A stretch of 64,000 bases of DNA from Fonticula alba ATCC 38817 (taxonomy: Eukaryota > Protista > Nucleariida). The position numbers were made by a program, and so were the translations under genes. Every line of letters starts with the position of its first letter. Position 1 is the first letter of the stretch. Shown here one piece after another: positions 42,720-55,391 of the stretch. The stretch lies in assembly GCA_000388065.2 (NCBI GenBank), contig KB932201.1; one strand, written 5' to 3'. The notes beneath the pieces are model-generated. The model had not been told where the DNA came from. It did no database searches and saw only the letters and a program-made list of their open reading frames with translations.

Positions 42720-45700
42720 GCGGCGGCACCGGCACCACCTCCCGCAACGGCGGCCTGCGGCGCCAGGACACTGGTCTCCCTGGCCCACGACGCGGGGTCC
42801 GTCCCGTCAGGGGCGAAGTAGTCCCCGGGGATGGGGACCGACCGAAGGCCGGCCGTTCCAACACCGGGAGCCGGGGTTTCACCCTGCGGAGAGGGAGCCA
42901 TCGCGCCCGGTCCCGAGAAGCCTGACGGCCGAGAGGCCGCTGGCGCAGCAGCAGCCGCCAGCAAGGGCGACGCGGGGAGGCCGCCGGATGCCAGCCCCGA
43001 CAGGGGCGTCGTCCCCGGCGGGACAGGCGGCAAAGGGGACAGGCCGATGCCTGACCCGGCGGGCTGGATGCCAGGCACTGCCTGGGGCAGGAAAAGCAGG
43101 CTCCCGGCCTGGGACGAGGCATCCACAGACGGGAGACCCGGCGACCGCAAGGGCGACCCGGAGACCGGGGGCCCGGCACGCGGCATCGATCCGCGACCAA
43201 GCGACCCAAAGGAAGTGGCCATGTGCAGGGCTCCGCCGGTGGCGCGTGCTCCGGCCACCGAGGGGGATCCAACGCGGATTGGCATGGCCGAAGCCGAGAC
43301 CCAGCTCCCCTGCGGCAGGGACCCGGCGGACTGGGCGGCGGCCGTGACGTCCGCCAATGAGGCGCTGACCCGGCCGCCGGAGTCCATGTCATCCACCAGA
43401 CGTGAAGTCGGGCCACCTGGCAGCAGCGAGGAAGAAATCGTGCTCACCGAGGCCGAAAGGAGAGGGCCTGACGTGGGGGTCCCCGGGGTGGCCACAATCA
43501 TCGGAATGCCGGCCGAGCCAATGGGTCGCGCGGAATCGGCGGCGGCGCTTGCAGGAGCAGCAGTCGCGTCGGCCAGCTGGACTTGGTCCTGGCCAGGCCC
43601 ACTGGCCGGCGGGGCCGGCAACTGGTCGGCGGGTCCTTTGGCCGGGAGGTCGGACGTTGCTGAGCCGGAGCTCGGGGACCGCTGGCGGCCGAAGACATCC
43701 CCCAGGAAGGTCAGGACCTTGCGGCTGCGACTCGGGGTTCCCGTGGCCGAAGAGGGCCCCGTGCCCGGTGCACCGACGGTGCTGGTCGAAGAGGCCGAGG
43801 TGGAGAGACGCGGCGGGGACCCAGCCAGAAGGAGGGGACTGGGATCGGCCGGGGCATCGATGGCCACGGCCCGGGGGGTATGAGGCCCGCTCTTTTGCCC
43901 CGAGGCCGAGGTCGACAGCTGGGGCAAGCTGTCCGGCGACATGGCGGGCCCGGGACGCGGGGGGAGGGCATCTCCGCCGGCCGTGGACGGCGCCACGCCC
44001 GGGAAGGGCATCTTTTCCGCCGACGGCATTGGCGGCGGGGGTGGTAGTAGCGGTGGCGGATGCGGCAGTGGCAGGGGGCATGCTCCCTCCGCCGGATCGG
44101 TGACCAGGGTGGCCATGAAATCGGCGCCGGGGGCCAACAGCGGCGGCAGCAGTCCAGGCAGGGCGCCGGGAAAGGGAGGCGAAAGGAGGTCTCCTGGGGG
44201 CAGGCCCGCGGCCGGGAAGCCATTCGGCAAGAGGCCCAGCGGGGGGAATGGCCCAATGCCGGGGGCTTGCATGGGGGAGAACCCGGGCAGCGGAGGGAGA
44301 GCCGGCATTCCCGGCATTCCCGGCATGCCTGGCAGGGCCTGCAGCCCTGGGAAGCCCGGTGCGCCAGGGAGGCTGGGAAGCGGCGGGAGGGGCCCGATGC
44401 CGGTGAAGGGAGTCATCCCCGGGAAGGCGGGCATGCCCTGGAGCGACGGCATCCCCTGGAGCGACGGCATGCCCTGGAGCGACGGCATCCCGGGGAGGCC
44501 GGTCAGTCCAAACATGCCGCCGGGGCCAGCCATGCCAAAGACCGGGTCTGACTGACCGGAAAAGGGAAGGGGATAGGGCAGCAGCAAGTCGCCAGGCTGG
44601 TCGAAGGGCGAGCGGCGGTTTTGCCGGAAGGCCCCGGTGGCCAGAGTCTGCTGCTGGTAGTGACCCAAAGGAAGAAGGACGCAGGGGGGGGGGGGGGGGG
44701 GGGGGGAACAGCCGGCAAAGATGGTCAGTGGGTGTCGGCTCGAGGGGGGAAAAGAGGGAGATGGCCAGCGGCCACACGGGACCACGCACACCGGGGAAGG
44801 CCGAACGAGCACGCGGAGCCATGATGCTTGGCCCTTGAGGGAGCTCATCGAAGATGGCCAAGTCGTGGAGGAACATCTGGCCGGATTGGGTGGAGGAGAG
44901 GCTGCCGCCGGCCGGGCCGCCCAGCAGGAGGCTGCCCTTGGCCGCGGTGGAGAAGGCAACATGCGGCGTGGCCAGAGTCTGTGACAGGAGGAGTCAATGG
45001 ATCAGCGAGCGGGACTTGCCGGTGTGAAAGCACCAAATCCCGCGGCCGGGCACGTACTTTGGATGAGAAGCTCATGGACGAGGCGTGCTGCGCACCGGGC
45101 ATGTTGCAGCGCGGGGTGAAGCGAACCGGCCGGAGTGGGCGGGAAATTTCCCACCGTGGCCGGGAGAAGTAACTGACATCAATCCAATGGGCCAGTGACA
45201 TGGGGGACACATTGCGCACACGGCCGGCGACCGAGCTGCCCATGTCGGCCGATTGGGTTGCGGCCGGGGCTGCGGCCGAAGCCAGGGCCCGCAGGGGGGC
45301 GGCGCTCTCCGGCGACACAGAGGCATGGGTGCTGCCAGGCGGACGGCCCCCATGCGGAGTGGCCCGTGCCCGGGGGAGCCGGGTGCCGGCAGTCTCGGCC
45401 AGCGGCGCCGCGGCCTCCGGCTCCGGGGAGGCGGCCTCCCCCGGGGGATGGGAGAACCGGAAGAGTGGCACCGCATGCAAGGGCGGCCGGCCCAGGCAGA
45501 CAATATCACAGCTGATGCCATTGTCGATCATGCGGTGCTAGACCACGGAAAGGGAAAGGGAAGAATAGCAGCGCGGGGGAAGGAGGCGGAGGAGGCGGAC
45601 GGGGGAAGATTAGAGCATTGCAGAAGCAGGCGATCCTAGGGGGCGGGGAGCCGGACACCGAAAGGCAGGAATGCCGACCATTGGAGAGATGGGGGGGGGG

Positions 45701-46075
45701 GGGGGGGGGGGGGGGGAACAATAAAGGGTGGTGATCGCACGTTGAATAGATCGACCCATCGTTTTCGCGCATGGTCGGATGGGGCATACTGGGAGCATAC
45801 AAACACACACACACACACATGCATACAGATGTGCGCACATGCATGCGACGTTAGCAGGCGGAGGAGATGCCACCGCACGTCAAACCATCCCGCTGTCCGA
45901 GACGTAGATCGACGAGTTGACCGTATCCGGGGCATTTGACCAACTAGATCCACTCCGCCGACCGGGGTGATACATGGAGCGAATGGGGAAGTTGACTCCA
46001 TCAGTGGAGCTGGCCCACAGGGGGGACGGGCCAAGACCGAGAGAGGGGAGGGGGGGCGGTGGGGGTGGTGGGGGT

Positions 46076-46114
<39 letters not shown>

Positions 46115-48367
46115 CGCTGGGGCGATGTACCTTGGCCAGCTTGAAGGTGCTGTGGTTCACATCGAAGATCCCGGTGCCCGGGGTGATGATGACGATCGAG
46201 AGCCCGGTGCGGTTGAAGTCCCGGTTGACAAAGGCCTTCTCCAGGATATTTTGCGCCATGTTCATGGCCTCCAGGATATTTCCCTCGTACGAGTGGCTGA
46301 TTTGACCGAATGTGCCCTCGGCGTGGCCATTGGCTCGCTCCCAGGCACGAATGTCCCGCGGGTACCGGCTCAGCTCCGAACGCAGGGACCGCAACACCGG
46401 CACCCAGTCCGACCGGGTTTCCCATTCGACCACGCACTTGTAGAAGTCGCGATAGGGGCGCCCACTGGCGCGCCAACAGTCGAGGGCGGGGGGGGGAGGA
46501 GAGGGATTTGAGCGGGTTAGGGATGTGCTACTGGGTGAGACCGGGCACGGACAAGCGGGGCAAGAGAGAGAGAGAGAGACGGGAGGGGGGGAGGGGGGGA
46601 GAGCATGGCAGACGGAAGAGATGAGCAGAAGAAGGAGAAGAAACACACCGGAAATCGGTGTTAATGCGCCCGGGCCCGGTGGTGGAGCCGACGTCCGAAT
46701 AGAAGTGCCGCGAGAATAGCACAATCGACACCAGGTGATTGACGCCACGCTGGGACCAGCGGGAAAATAGCTCAGGCAGGAAACCTTTCAAGCATGAAAA
46801 TGGTCAGAGTCACAGCGGGAGCATGGGCACGAAAAAGCCCACCAGCAACAGGGCACACGGAATGAAGAAGGACGGGCGCATGAAGGGGGGGGGGCGGGGG
46901 GCGGGGGGCGGGGGGTCGGTGCGGGCAGGCCCCGCGGGCGCGACACACCTTGAACGGCCTTCTCGAAGAAGAGCTCGCTGTCCTCCTCGTCGAAGGTCCA
47001 CATTTCCTGGGACATCTGGATGAAAATGACGAAGCGCGCCGATTCCGAACGGTACACGCACTTGGTTTGCGGACCAAAGTAGCCATACAGCGAGGGCTGA
47101 GGGCCGATGTACAGCTGCTTGATCTGTCCCCCCAATGTGCCCCGGGAAAAATGACAAGCATGAAGGAGTGAGTTTGACCGGTCGGCCTGCTGAGGAGATG
47201 GCAGTGGGCAGGGGCACGACAACGACGATGACGACGACGGACCTGGCCACGCATGCCCAGGAAAGTGATCTTCTTTCCCACGTAGAGGGTTTCGCCGATG
47301 AGGCTGTTTTTCAGACGCCACATGTCGCTTCGAGAAAGGTACTGCATGGCAGCACAGGGAGCAGGTGGAATATCTGGCTGTCAGCATGGCGGACGCGAGG
47401 GGGCAAAGGGAGCAGCCTACCAGGCACGCACCTGCTCCTTGAAATTCACCTGGACAAAGCCAAGCCCCACAGAGCCCGGGCTCACCTGGGTGTCAGGAGC
47501 CGGGAAGGGGCGGCCAACGAGGAAGGGGGGGGGGGGGCGGCGGCGGCGGAAACGGGGAAAAGGCCGGTCAGTCAGCCAAACGCGCGTAACAAGGGGCGGC
47601 CGGCGCCAAAAATGCACACATCATTGCACCTTTGTCACGTAGCAATATTGGCGCTGATGGAAGCCGAAGAGCTCGGCGATGTGCTTTTGCAGGCTGATCT
47701 GCAACTGGGGATACTTGGAAGAGGATAGGGCCGACACCTTGACCACAATGCGCTTGATATCGGGACGGGCGGCTTTGGCAGGAGGTCAGAGAAACTGGCA
47801 TCAAAGGAGGGGGAGGAAGCGGAAAGGGAGGCAAACCGAGAAGACACACCGGAGGCAGCGGCCGCATCCGCATCGGCCGTTTGGCCGGCCGGCGAGTCGC
47901 CGTGTGCGGAGAAGCGAACAGCCGAGCCGACCGAGGAAGATGTGGCACCTTCCGGCACGCCACCGGGGACAGTGCTGTTGCCCAGGAGCGAGGCTCCACT
48001 CGGGTGAAGGCGCGGAACTGGCGAACAAGTTAGCCGGGGCCGTGCAACAACGCCAAAAGGGAATGCCGCCCCGCCAGGGGGAAGGAGCACACGCACCCGA
48101 GCCGATCATTGGCGCCGGACCGCCGGCATGCGTGCTCAAGCTGCCGATGGAGCTGCTGGAGCTGAGAGACCCACCAAATTGGCCAACCGGTCCGCCAGGT
48201 GAGGAGGAGGAGGAGGAAGTCGGCGAGGAGGCCAGCACGCCGACCGGAGGCATGGACGGCGCCTTGGACGAGGGGGAAGTACTGGACGAGGAGGTGGCCG
48301 ACACATTGGCGGCAGCGCCTGTGCCACTGGTGCCGGCAGTACCCGCAGCGCTGGGACCACCTGCGCT

Positions 48368-48404
<37 letters not shown>

Positions 48405-49912
48405 GTGCCACTACCAGCCCCGGGGGCATTGGTGCCGCTGCCGCCACCACCACTGCCACCGCCGCTGACGCCGCCGCCGCCTCCAGCGCCACTACTGCCG
48501 CCGCCGCTGACGCCGCCGCCGCTGCCGCCGCTGCTGCTGCCGCCGCCGCCGCCGCTGCCACCGCCGCTCGAGCCGCCAGTGGCGCTGGCTCCGGTCGGGT
48601 GGATTACCTGCGTGATGGCCAGCAGATCACCGACGCGGATGCCCGGGAAGAAATCCAGGTTGACAATCAGCTCCGGCACAGGAGGCGCGGAACCAGACGC
48701 CGAAGGGATGTTGCTTATGGTGCCAGACTGACTGGAGGCCCCGAGCGCGGACAGAGGAGCACCGGTGGCGGTGGTGGTGGTGCTTGTGTTGTTGGTGTGG
48801 GTGTGGGTGTGGGTGTTGGTGCTGTTGGTGCTGTTGGTGTTGGTGCTGTTGGTGGTGCTAGTGGTGCTAGTGGTGCTAGTGGTGGTGGTGGTGGTGGTGG
48901 TGGTAGTGGTGGCGGTGGTGGTGCTGGTGCTGGTGGCAATGGTAGTGGTGGCGGTGCCGGCGGCACCAGGCGTGGCTCCCTGGGCGGCAATGGTGCCACC
49001 CCCGGGGCTGGCCGCCGCCACCGAGCTCCCGGCATGTGTCGTGACCAATGCCGCAGAGGAGGAGCTGGCACTGATGGAAGACCCTGCGGAGAGGCCGAAT
49101 CCCGGCGACCCCTGGGAAAGGAGGTGCTGGTGTGGCAGAAGGTGCTGGGGAGTTGCGCCGGGCCCCGACAGCACGAGCGATGCCGAGCTGTGCTCCTGCG
49201 ACGTGAGCCCGCCGCCGGGGAGGCCGGCGCCACCGAGCGAGGAAAGTATGGCCCCGGGTGGGACTGACCCGGCGGCCGGATCTTCACCCACACCATCGGC
49301 AGTGGGGGTGACTATTGGTGGCGGGGAGTTAGAAAAGCAAAGCCGGTACCAGTCCAGGGGGGCAAGAGAGGAGAAGGAGGGACAAACACACGGCAGAGAA
49401 GGGACACAGGAAGGGGAGGGGAGGGGGGGGACAAACACACCAGCAGATGAAGCAGGCTTGTCCATGGAGGCTGCGCCCCGGGATTGGAAGGAGGGTGAAC
49501 TGGGATTGTGTGCTGGCGAGGCTGGGCCGCCAGAGCCGGCCGACGGCGAGGAGGCCAAAGATGGGCCAAGTGATGGAACCCCGGTTGATGCCGAGGCCGA
49601 GCCGCCCGGGGGGATCCCTGTTCGAGGGGGACCATGCTGCAGCGGATGCGAATAGGCCGAAGCCCCGGGCAGATCCCCAGACCGGCTGCCATACACGGCC
49701 CCACTTGCCGAGAAGAAGGAAACCGCCGAGGCGGAGGTAGACAAGTGGCCCCCGGGTCCACCGGTGGACGGAACCATGGAATGAGCCGGGCCCGACAGGA
49801 GGGGAGCCTGCGAGGCGGGATCCGCCATGGCCGCCGTATCGTGGACCCAGAGGACAAGTCGCTGACCGAGATCCTGCTGTCCCGAGTTCATGACAGCGGA
49901 TCCGAGGCTGCT

Positions 49913-49954
<42 letters not shown>

Positions 49955-50920
49955 ACCACCACCACCACCACCACCACCACCGGGATTGGTGTCACCGCCG
50001 CCGGTGCCGCCAGTGCCTGTGGCGGGGGTGGTGGTGGCGGCGGCGGTGGCGGTGGCGGCGGTGGTGGTGCCAACAGCGTTGGCCCCAACGCCATGCTCGC
50101 CTCCATAGGGTCGCAGGGGAGCCGCACCGCCGCCGGTCCCGGTGTTCCTGGTGCTGGAGCCTGCACCGGCGATGGGATTGCCACCGGCGCCGAGGGCACC
50201 AGCACTGGCCCTGTTCCCGCCGGCGCCGCTGCCATGACCAGCAACACCGAGTCCACGGGCCGAGGAGGCGGAACCTCGCGCGTCCAGATCCCCCACCGGT
50301 CCATCCAGCGGGAAGTGGAAGCCGGCGGTCGGATCGCGGCTGCCAGGACCAAACTGCCCGGGCAGGGAGACCCCCGGCCCGTGAGTCGACGAGGAGGAGG
50401 AGGAGGAGGAGGAGGAGCCGGCCCCGGCGACGGTGGTCAAAGAGGAGGACATCGAAGCACCCGAGGGGGGGTTGGCCGAAGAGGATATGGTGGTGGCCGT
50501 TGTGGCGGTCGTGACATTGATGTTGACACTGAAATTGGTGCTGGTGTTGGTGCTGATGCTGGTGCTGGATGGGGTGGCCGGCGAGGGGGACGTCACGTCC
50601 CCGGCATTGGTCGTCCCGCCGGGAAAGCCGGGCCCTCCGGGGGTCAGCAGCCCGGAGAGGTCTCCAAAATGCAGGAGCCCTGCCCCGGGGCCGAAGGCAT
50701 CCGTGCCGGGTCCACCAGGGGCAATACCATGGAAGGGAGAAGCCCCGGGGAGCTGAGGGAAGGCTGTGGCCACCGCCGGGTCGAACGGGCGAATGGTCAC
50801 CACCGGGGACATGGCGGCGTCCAGCCCGGGACCGGAACCGGGTCCATAGCCATGACCGACCAAAGCGACCGGGCCCCCAGGTCGCGGGGGCAGCGGCTCG
50901 TGGAGAACCTGCGCCTCCAT
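36411..50920 (-). CDS. DEPDC5: GATOR1 subunit DEPDC5/Iml1, 21 exons, ~3,735 aa
   Basis: Exons: 50920-49441, 49311-48097, 48017-47850, 47772-47630, 47485-47432, 47341-47243, 47123-46949, 46784-46649, 46464-46131, 45537-45058, 44978-44790, 44653-~42610, 42521-42028, 41762-41624, 41568-40676, 40526-39607, 39438-38632, 38494-37971, 37566-37404, 37273-37074, 36961-36411. Motifs: [96 protein letters not shown] domain (IGTELIDW...GRDL), [14 protein letters not shown]. Confidence 0.95.
37585..37892. repeat. Compound (GACA/GGCA/AGCA)n tetranucleotide array in DEPDC5 intron 18, containing a 10-N gap
   Basis: About 300 bp of cagacagacaggcagacaagca-type units. Confidence 0.9.
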
Positions 50921-50975
50921 GTACAGGGGGGACGGATGGTGGAGGAAGGAGCCTACCGGGAGGCCAGATTGAGGG

Positions 50976-51035
50976 GCGGGAGGCGGGAGGCGGGAGGCGG
51001 GAGGCGGGAGGCGGGAGGCGGGAGGCGGGAGGCGG
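50976..51035. repeat. (GGCGGGA)n 7-bp tandem repeat, ~8 units, just upstream of the DEPDC5 ATG
   Basis: Read directly; about 55 bp from ATG 50920. Confidence 0.85.
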
Positions 51036-51502
51036 CCAGGAGTGGAGTCTAGGGGAGAGGGTGTCTTTGTGGGGTGGAAAAGGGGGAGAATCTCGCGAGA
51101 CGCGATCCCCGGCCAACTTCCCGGGGCCGGTTATAGCTGCGGCCAGCCCGAGCGTTGGCATTTGCATGCGATCGAGATCGGCCGCGAGATCCGGCCTGTG
51201 CTGTTCCTCCTCCCCTGGGAGCCCCCCCTCTCGCGTGTCCACCACACAACTCAACCAGGACACGGCCGGGGAAGGGAGGCAGGGGGGGGGGGGGGGGGGG
51301 GGGTATTGGAAAAACGAGGGGGGCTGCATCGGGGGGGGGGGAAGACGGCTTCCGGGGAGGGAACCAACGTGGTCGGCCCCCCCCCCCCCCCCCCCCCCCG
51401 GTCGACGATCTTCGGCGAGGGGGCCTTTTTTCCCCCCCGGCCAATGGGGCGCTGTGCCGGCCGCCCCTCGCCGGGGGCCGGGTCACGGACAAACCTGGAC
51501 TA

Positions 51503-54500
51503 TTAGGTCCCCGTGGCAGCCGCCGCGGCTGTTGCCGGCGTTGTCGTTGTCGCCTCGGCCACCGCTGCCTCGGGGGATGACCCCTCTCCCGCGTCCTCCG
51601 ACAGGCTGAGAGTGCTTGTGGATGCCGATGAGCAAGAGATGGCGGCAGCGGCCTCAGCTGCGGAGGCGCTGGCTCGGCCGGGCCGCTCGTCGCCATCCGC
51701 ACCCACGGCCGAGGCCAGCGAAATGTCCGAGGCCTTATTCGGATGGCCGGTCCCTTGGGGACGGACGCGGAGCTTGCTGTGCCAAGCCCCGTAGAACACC
51801 CAGAAAGCCACCCCAATGGCCACCCAGATTCCCATGCGCATCCAGGACTCCGGCCCGAGCTCGACAATCAGGTAAATGTGCACTCCGAGGGCCGCGGCCG
51901 GGATGAATGGCACCAGGGGGGTTTGGAAGATCCGGCGCCCGGTGCGCATCGACACGGCAGGAGCTGCCTGGGGCTGGCTCAGCAGGCGAAGCAGGCGCCA
52001 AGGAAGGGGGGGACAGGGAGAGAGAGAGAGAGAGAGAGAGACAGAGGGAGGGAGAGGGGACACGCGAGTAGGGCCGGAACGAGGGGTCAGGACCAGGAGA
52101 GGCGCAAGGAGGAGAATGTGGCGACCGAGCACTGGCCATCCACCCGGCACAATGGGCGTACCAGCCACCACAAATAGCCAACCAGGATGATGGCAACCGA
52201 GCCGAAGGTGCCGAAAATGGAACCGTGCCAGCCATACGACACGGCCAGGCACACCAGGATAAGGCAGAAGGTGAGCAAGGCCACGGTGATTTGGGGCCGG
52301 CGACCATTGGCCGGCACGTCGTAGCGAACCAGGATGATGGCAATGTTGACCACACTACGCATGTGCGCACGCATGGTAGGAGGGGGGGGGGGGGCGAAGA
52401 GCAGTAGGGACGTGGGAGACAGGGAACTCCGGCAGGTCAGTAAGAGACAGCACAACAGCGAATCTCGCGTGGAGAGGCTACCCAGCGGTTCGTCGGTGAC
52501 CAGGCGAGGGGGATCTCCGTGCGGGCGAGGTGAGCCCAGCTGCCACGGGGGGAGAGAGAGCCCGGGCAGGTCGGGAGATCGGAGGCAAGTCCCCCCCCCC
52601 CCCCCCCCTGCTCCGTCTGTTGGGGGCCACTCGGGCTCTTTTCTTTCGTGGCCCTTTGGCATTCGCGGAATGTGTCGCACCTGAAGGCAATGAGCGTTCC
52701 CATGGACACCATGTCGCCGAGGGTCTCGAGATCGAAGGACACCACCATGATCGAGGCCAGCACGCCGCTGACCAGGGTCCCGTACAATGGGACGCCGGAC
52801 TTCGACTGGACACGGCCAAGGCTGGCCGGGGCCAGCAGCCCGTCGCGGGCCATCGCATAGAAAATCCGCGGCATGGTCAGGATCTGCGAGAGGATGGTCG
52901 TGGACATGGCCACGAAGGCTCCGAAGGCCACGGTGATCTCCAGGCCGGTTTGGTTGTGGTGGGCAAAAGCCCGTGCCAGGGGTGCATGCAGGTCCAGATC
53001 CAGGTAGCTTTGCATGCCAGTCAGGACGATCGACACCCCGCAGTAGAGCGCGGCGCTGGGGTGGGGTGGGGAAATGGCAGCGCGGCGAAGGGGAGCAAGG
53101 CCCATGGCCGATGGCAGGGACGTCAGGATCATGGTGCGAGAGCGGTGACAAGCAGAGGGGGCATCATGAGCAGCGGTCCGGGCCGTACCCGATGCCGATG
53201 ACAATTAGGATGGCGAGGGGCACATCGCGCTCCGGGCGCCGGGATTCCTCGGCACTAAGAGCCCCACCATGACACAGGATCCCCCGAGGGAATACGTAGG
53301 TGAGCGAGACTTCCGATGGTGGGTATGGGGGGGGGGGGGGGGCCGCCCTGTAGTGTGGGCATGCCCCGGGACAGTCGTGGGCCTGCCCCTGCGAGGGGAG
53401 CCGAGGAAAATCACGCCTCACACGTACAAGCCGCTGACCGCGTCGAAACCGATGTACGCAAAGAAGATCATGGCGGCGCCCTTGGTGATACCACTGAAAC
53501 CGTACGGCGTGAAGGGCGTGTAGTTGCTCGTGTCCACGAACACCGCCCCGGCAACAATGACCAGCACAATGATGGCCACGCAAAGGCCATTCTGTGATGC
53601 CAGCCGAGGAGCGGGCGAGGGCGGGCGAGGGAAATCGGTCACTACGCCGGTCAGAGGCGCCGGCGCCTGAGCCGCCCATGGATCACATCAATGGGGCTCG
53701 GCGAGGTCAGGCGGGAGGCGACATTTCAACCCCGACGCACGATAAACATGTTGACCCTGGAACTGGTTTGCGTGCCGAAGCAGCAGATTATCGTGGCCAC
53801 GATGATCGACCCCAGTGCCAAAGCATCAAACGTGGAACACCCATCCTACCCGGGGAGGGGGGGGGGGGGGGGGGGGACACAATTCGAGGCCAGGCCATGC
53901 GAAAGAGGCGTCACACAGGCGGTTACAGCGGGTCAAAATGTCAGCCATGTCGAGAGGACAGACGGGAGGCTGGTCCGCCGGACGCCGGTGGCGATGGCGT
54001 ACCTCCACACAGGCGGCGCTATAGGGCAGCGAGTAGAGCCAAGTGGGGATGCTGACCCCGCAGGCGGCCAAGAAGGCCGCAAGATGGTGCGACCAGCCCC
54101 TTGCCACGGCCGAGGCGGCCACAATGTACTGGGCAGCCGCCGGCAGAGGATGTGGGCAGGAGGAAGGACGCAGGGGCCCCAGTGGCCAGGTATGCCGCCC
54201 ACGGGTCAGTTCGAGCGGGCAAAGGAAGCACGCGTGCATCGGGAGAACGGCCCCCGGCAGGGGCCGAGAGTGCACCTCCAGAAACAGGACCCAGCCCACC
54301 AGAAGGGCTGGCAGCTCGCCGAGGCTGCAGTAGGTGTACATGTAGGCGCTTCCGGCGAAGGGATAGATGGCGGAGAATTCCGCATAGCAGAAGCCGCTCA
54401 GCAGGCAAGCTATACCCGCCACCAGGAAACTGATGGTGATCTGGCGGCATGGACCGGGAGAGCCGCGACAATGGGTCAATCCACCTGGAGGGGGGGCGGG

Positions 54501-55391
54501 GGGGGCGGTAGGAAAAAAGAAGAAATTCAGAAAGGGAAACATGCCGACGGCCGAGCGAGCACGAAGGGGTGGCAAAATAGACCGCATGGCGTGCGTGGCC
54601 CAGAAGACACCGCTGCTGCCACGTACCGACGGCCCTGCGGCATTCTTGGCCGCCACGCCGGTGAGAACGAAAATCCCAGCACCGATCATCGACCCGACAC
54701 CGATGCCAACCAAGTCGAAGATATTCAGCTCGGCCTTGAGCTTGCCCGAGGTTTTGGTCGGAGCCAGCGAGCTGGCCGCGTCATTGGCCGGGGCAATGTC
54801 CCCAGGGAGGGGCTCCTGGCTCGATGACACGATGGACCCCGGCGGCGAGGGGCCAGACAGGGCGGTTTCCGAAAAGTAGCGCTTGTCCGAGGGCATCGGC
54901 GAGGCGGATTCCTTCATGTGTGGTGCCGACAAATTGCCGGTCGGCTTGTGCAGGCCGGTGGACAGGGATGCCTTCAGCTCTTCGAGGGCGATCGACGCCC
55001 GCGGTGAGGGAGGCGCCGGCGTGAAGGAGGCCTCCACTGCGGGTGGTGCCGAAAGACGTGGGCGCCGGTCAGGAACCGTCAGCCGGAGGCACGGCAACAG
55101 GCGAGGGGGGCCGGGGAGGGGGCTCGGCATTCGACGGCCACCACCCTGGACGTACCGACCATCTTCCGGGTGGAGGACTGAAGCAGATAGACCATGGTGT
55201 CCCTGACAGACACCTCCTGCGGGTGGAGGGGGGGAGGGTCGACGCGGGCCGCGGCATCCAGGCCACGAACCGGAAGAGGGGGATCTAAGTAAGAGCAAGG
55301 GGGCTCGTGGGCCGGAGAGACAGGTAGAGGGGGGGGGGGGGGGGGGATGGCGCACCCGGAGTGTTTGGATTCTCCGCCGAAGGGAGCTCAT
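51503..55391 (-). CDS. Cationic amino-acid transporter family (APC superfamily, SLC7A1-4/CAT-like)
   Basis: Multi-exon. Motifs IGVGSMIGAGIFVLTG, AGPS, CYAEFSAIYPFAGSAYMYTY, FTPYGFSGITKGAAMIFFAYIGFDAV, PRIFYAMARDGLL, MVSMGTLIAF, and the CAT C-terminus FQTPLVPFIP...W.RMGIW...YGAWHSKL. Confidence 0.92.

Noticed and set aside
47801-50920. 1,039-aa ORF as an independent low-complexity gene
   Set aside because: It carries the first DEPDC5 N-terminal elements and splices in frame to the downstream DEPDC5 exons.
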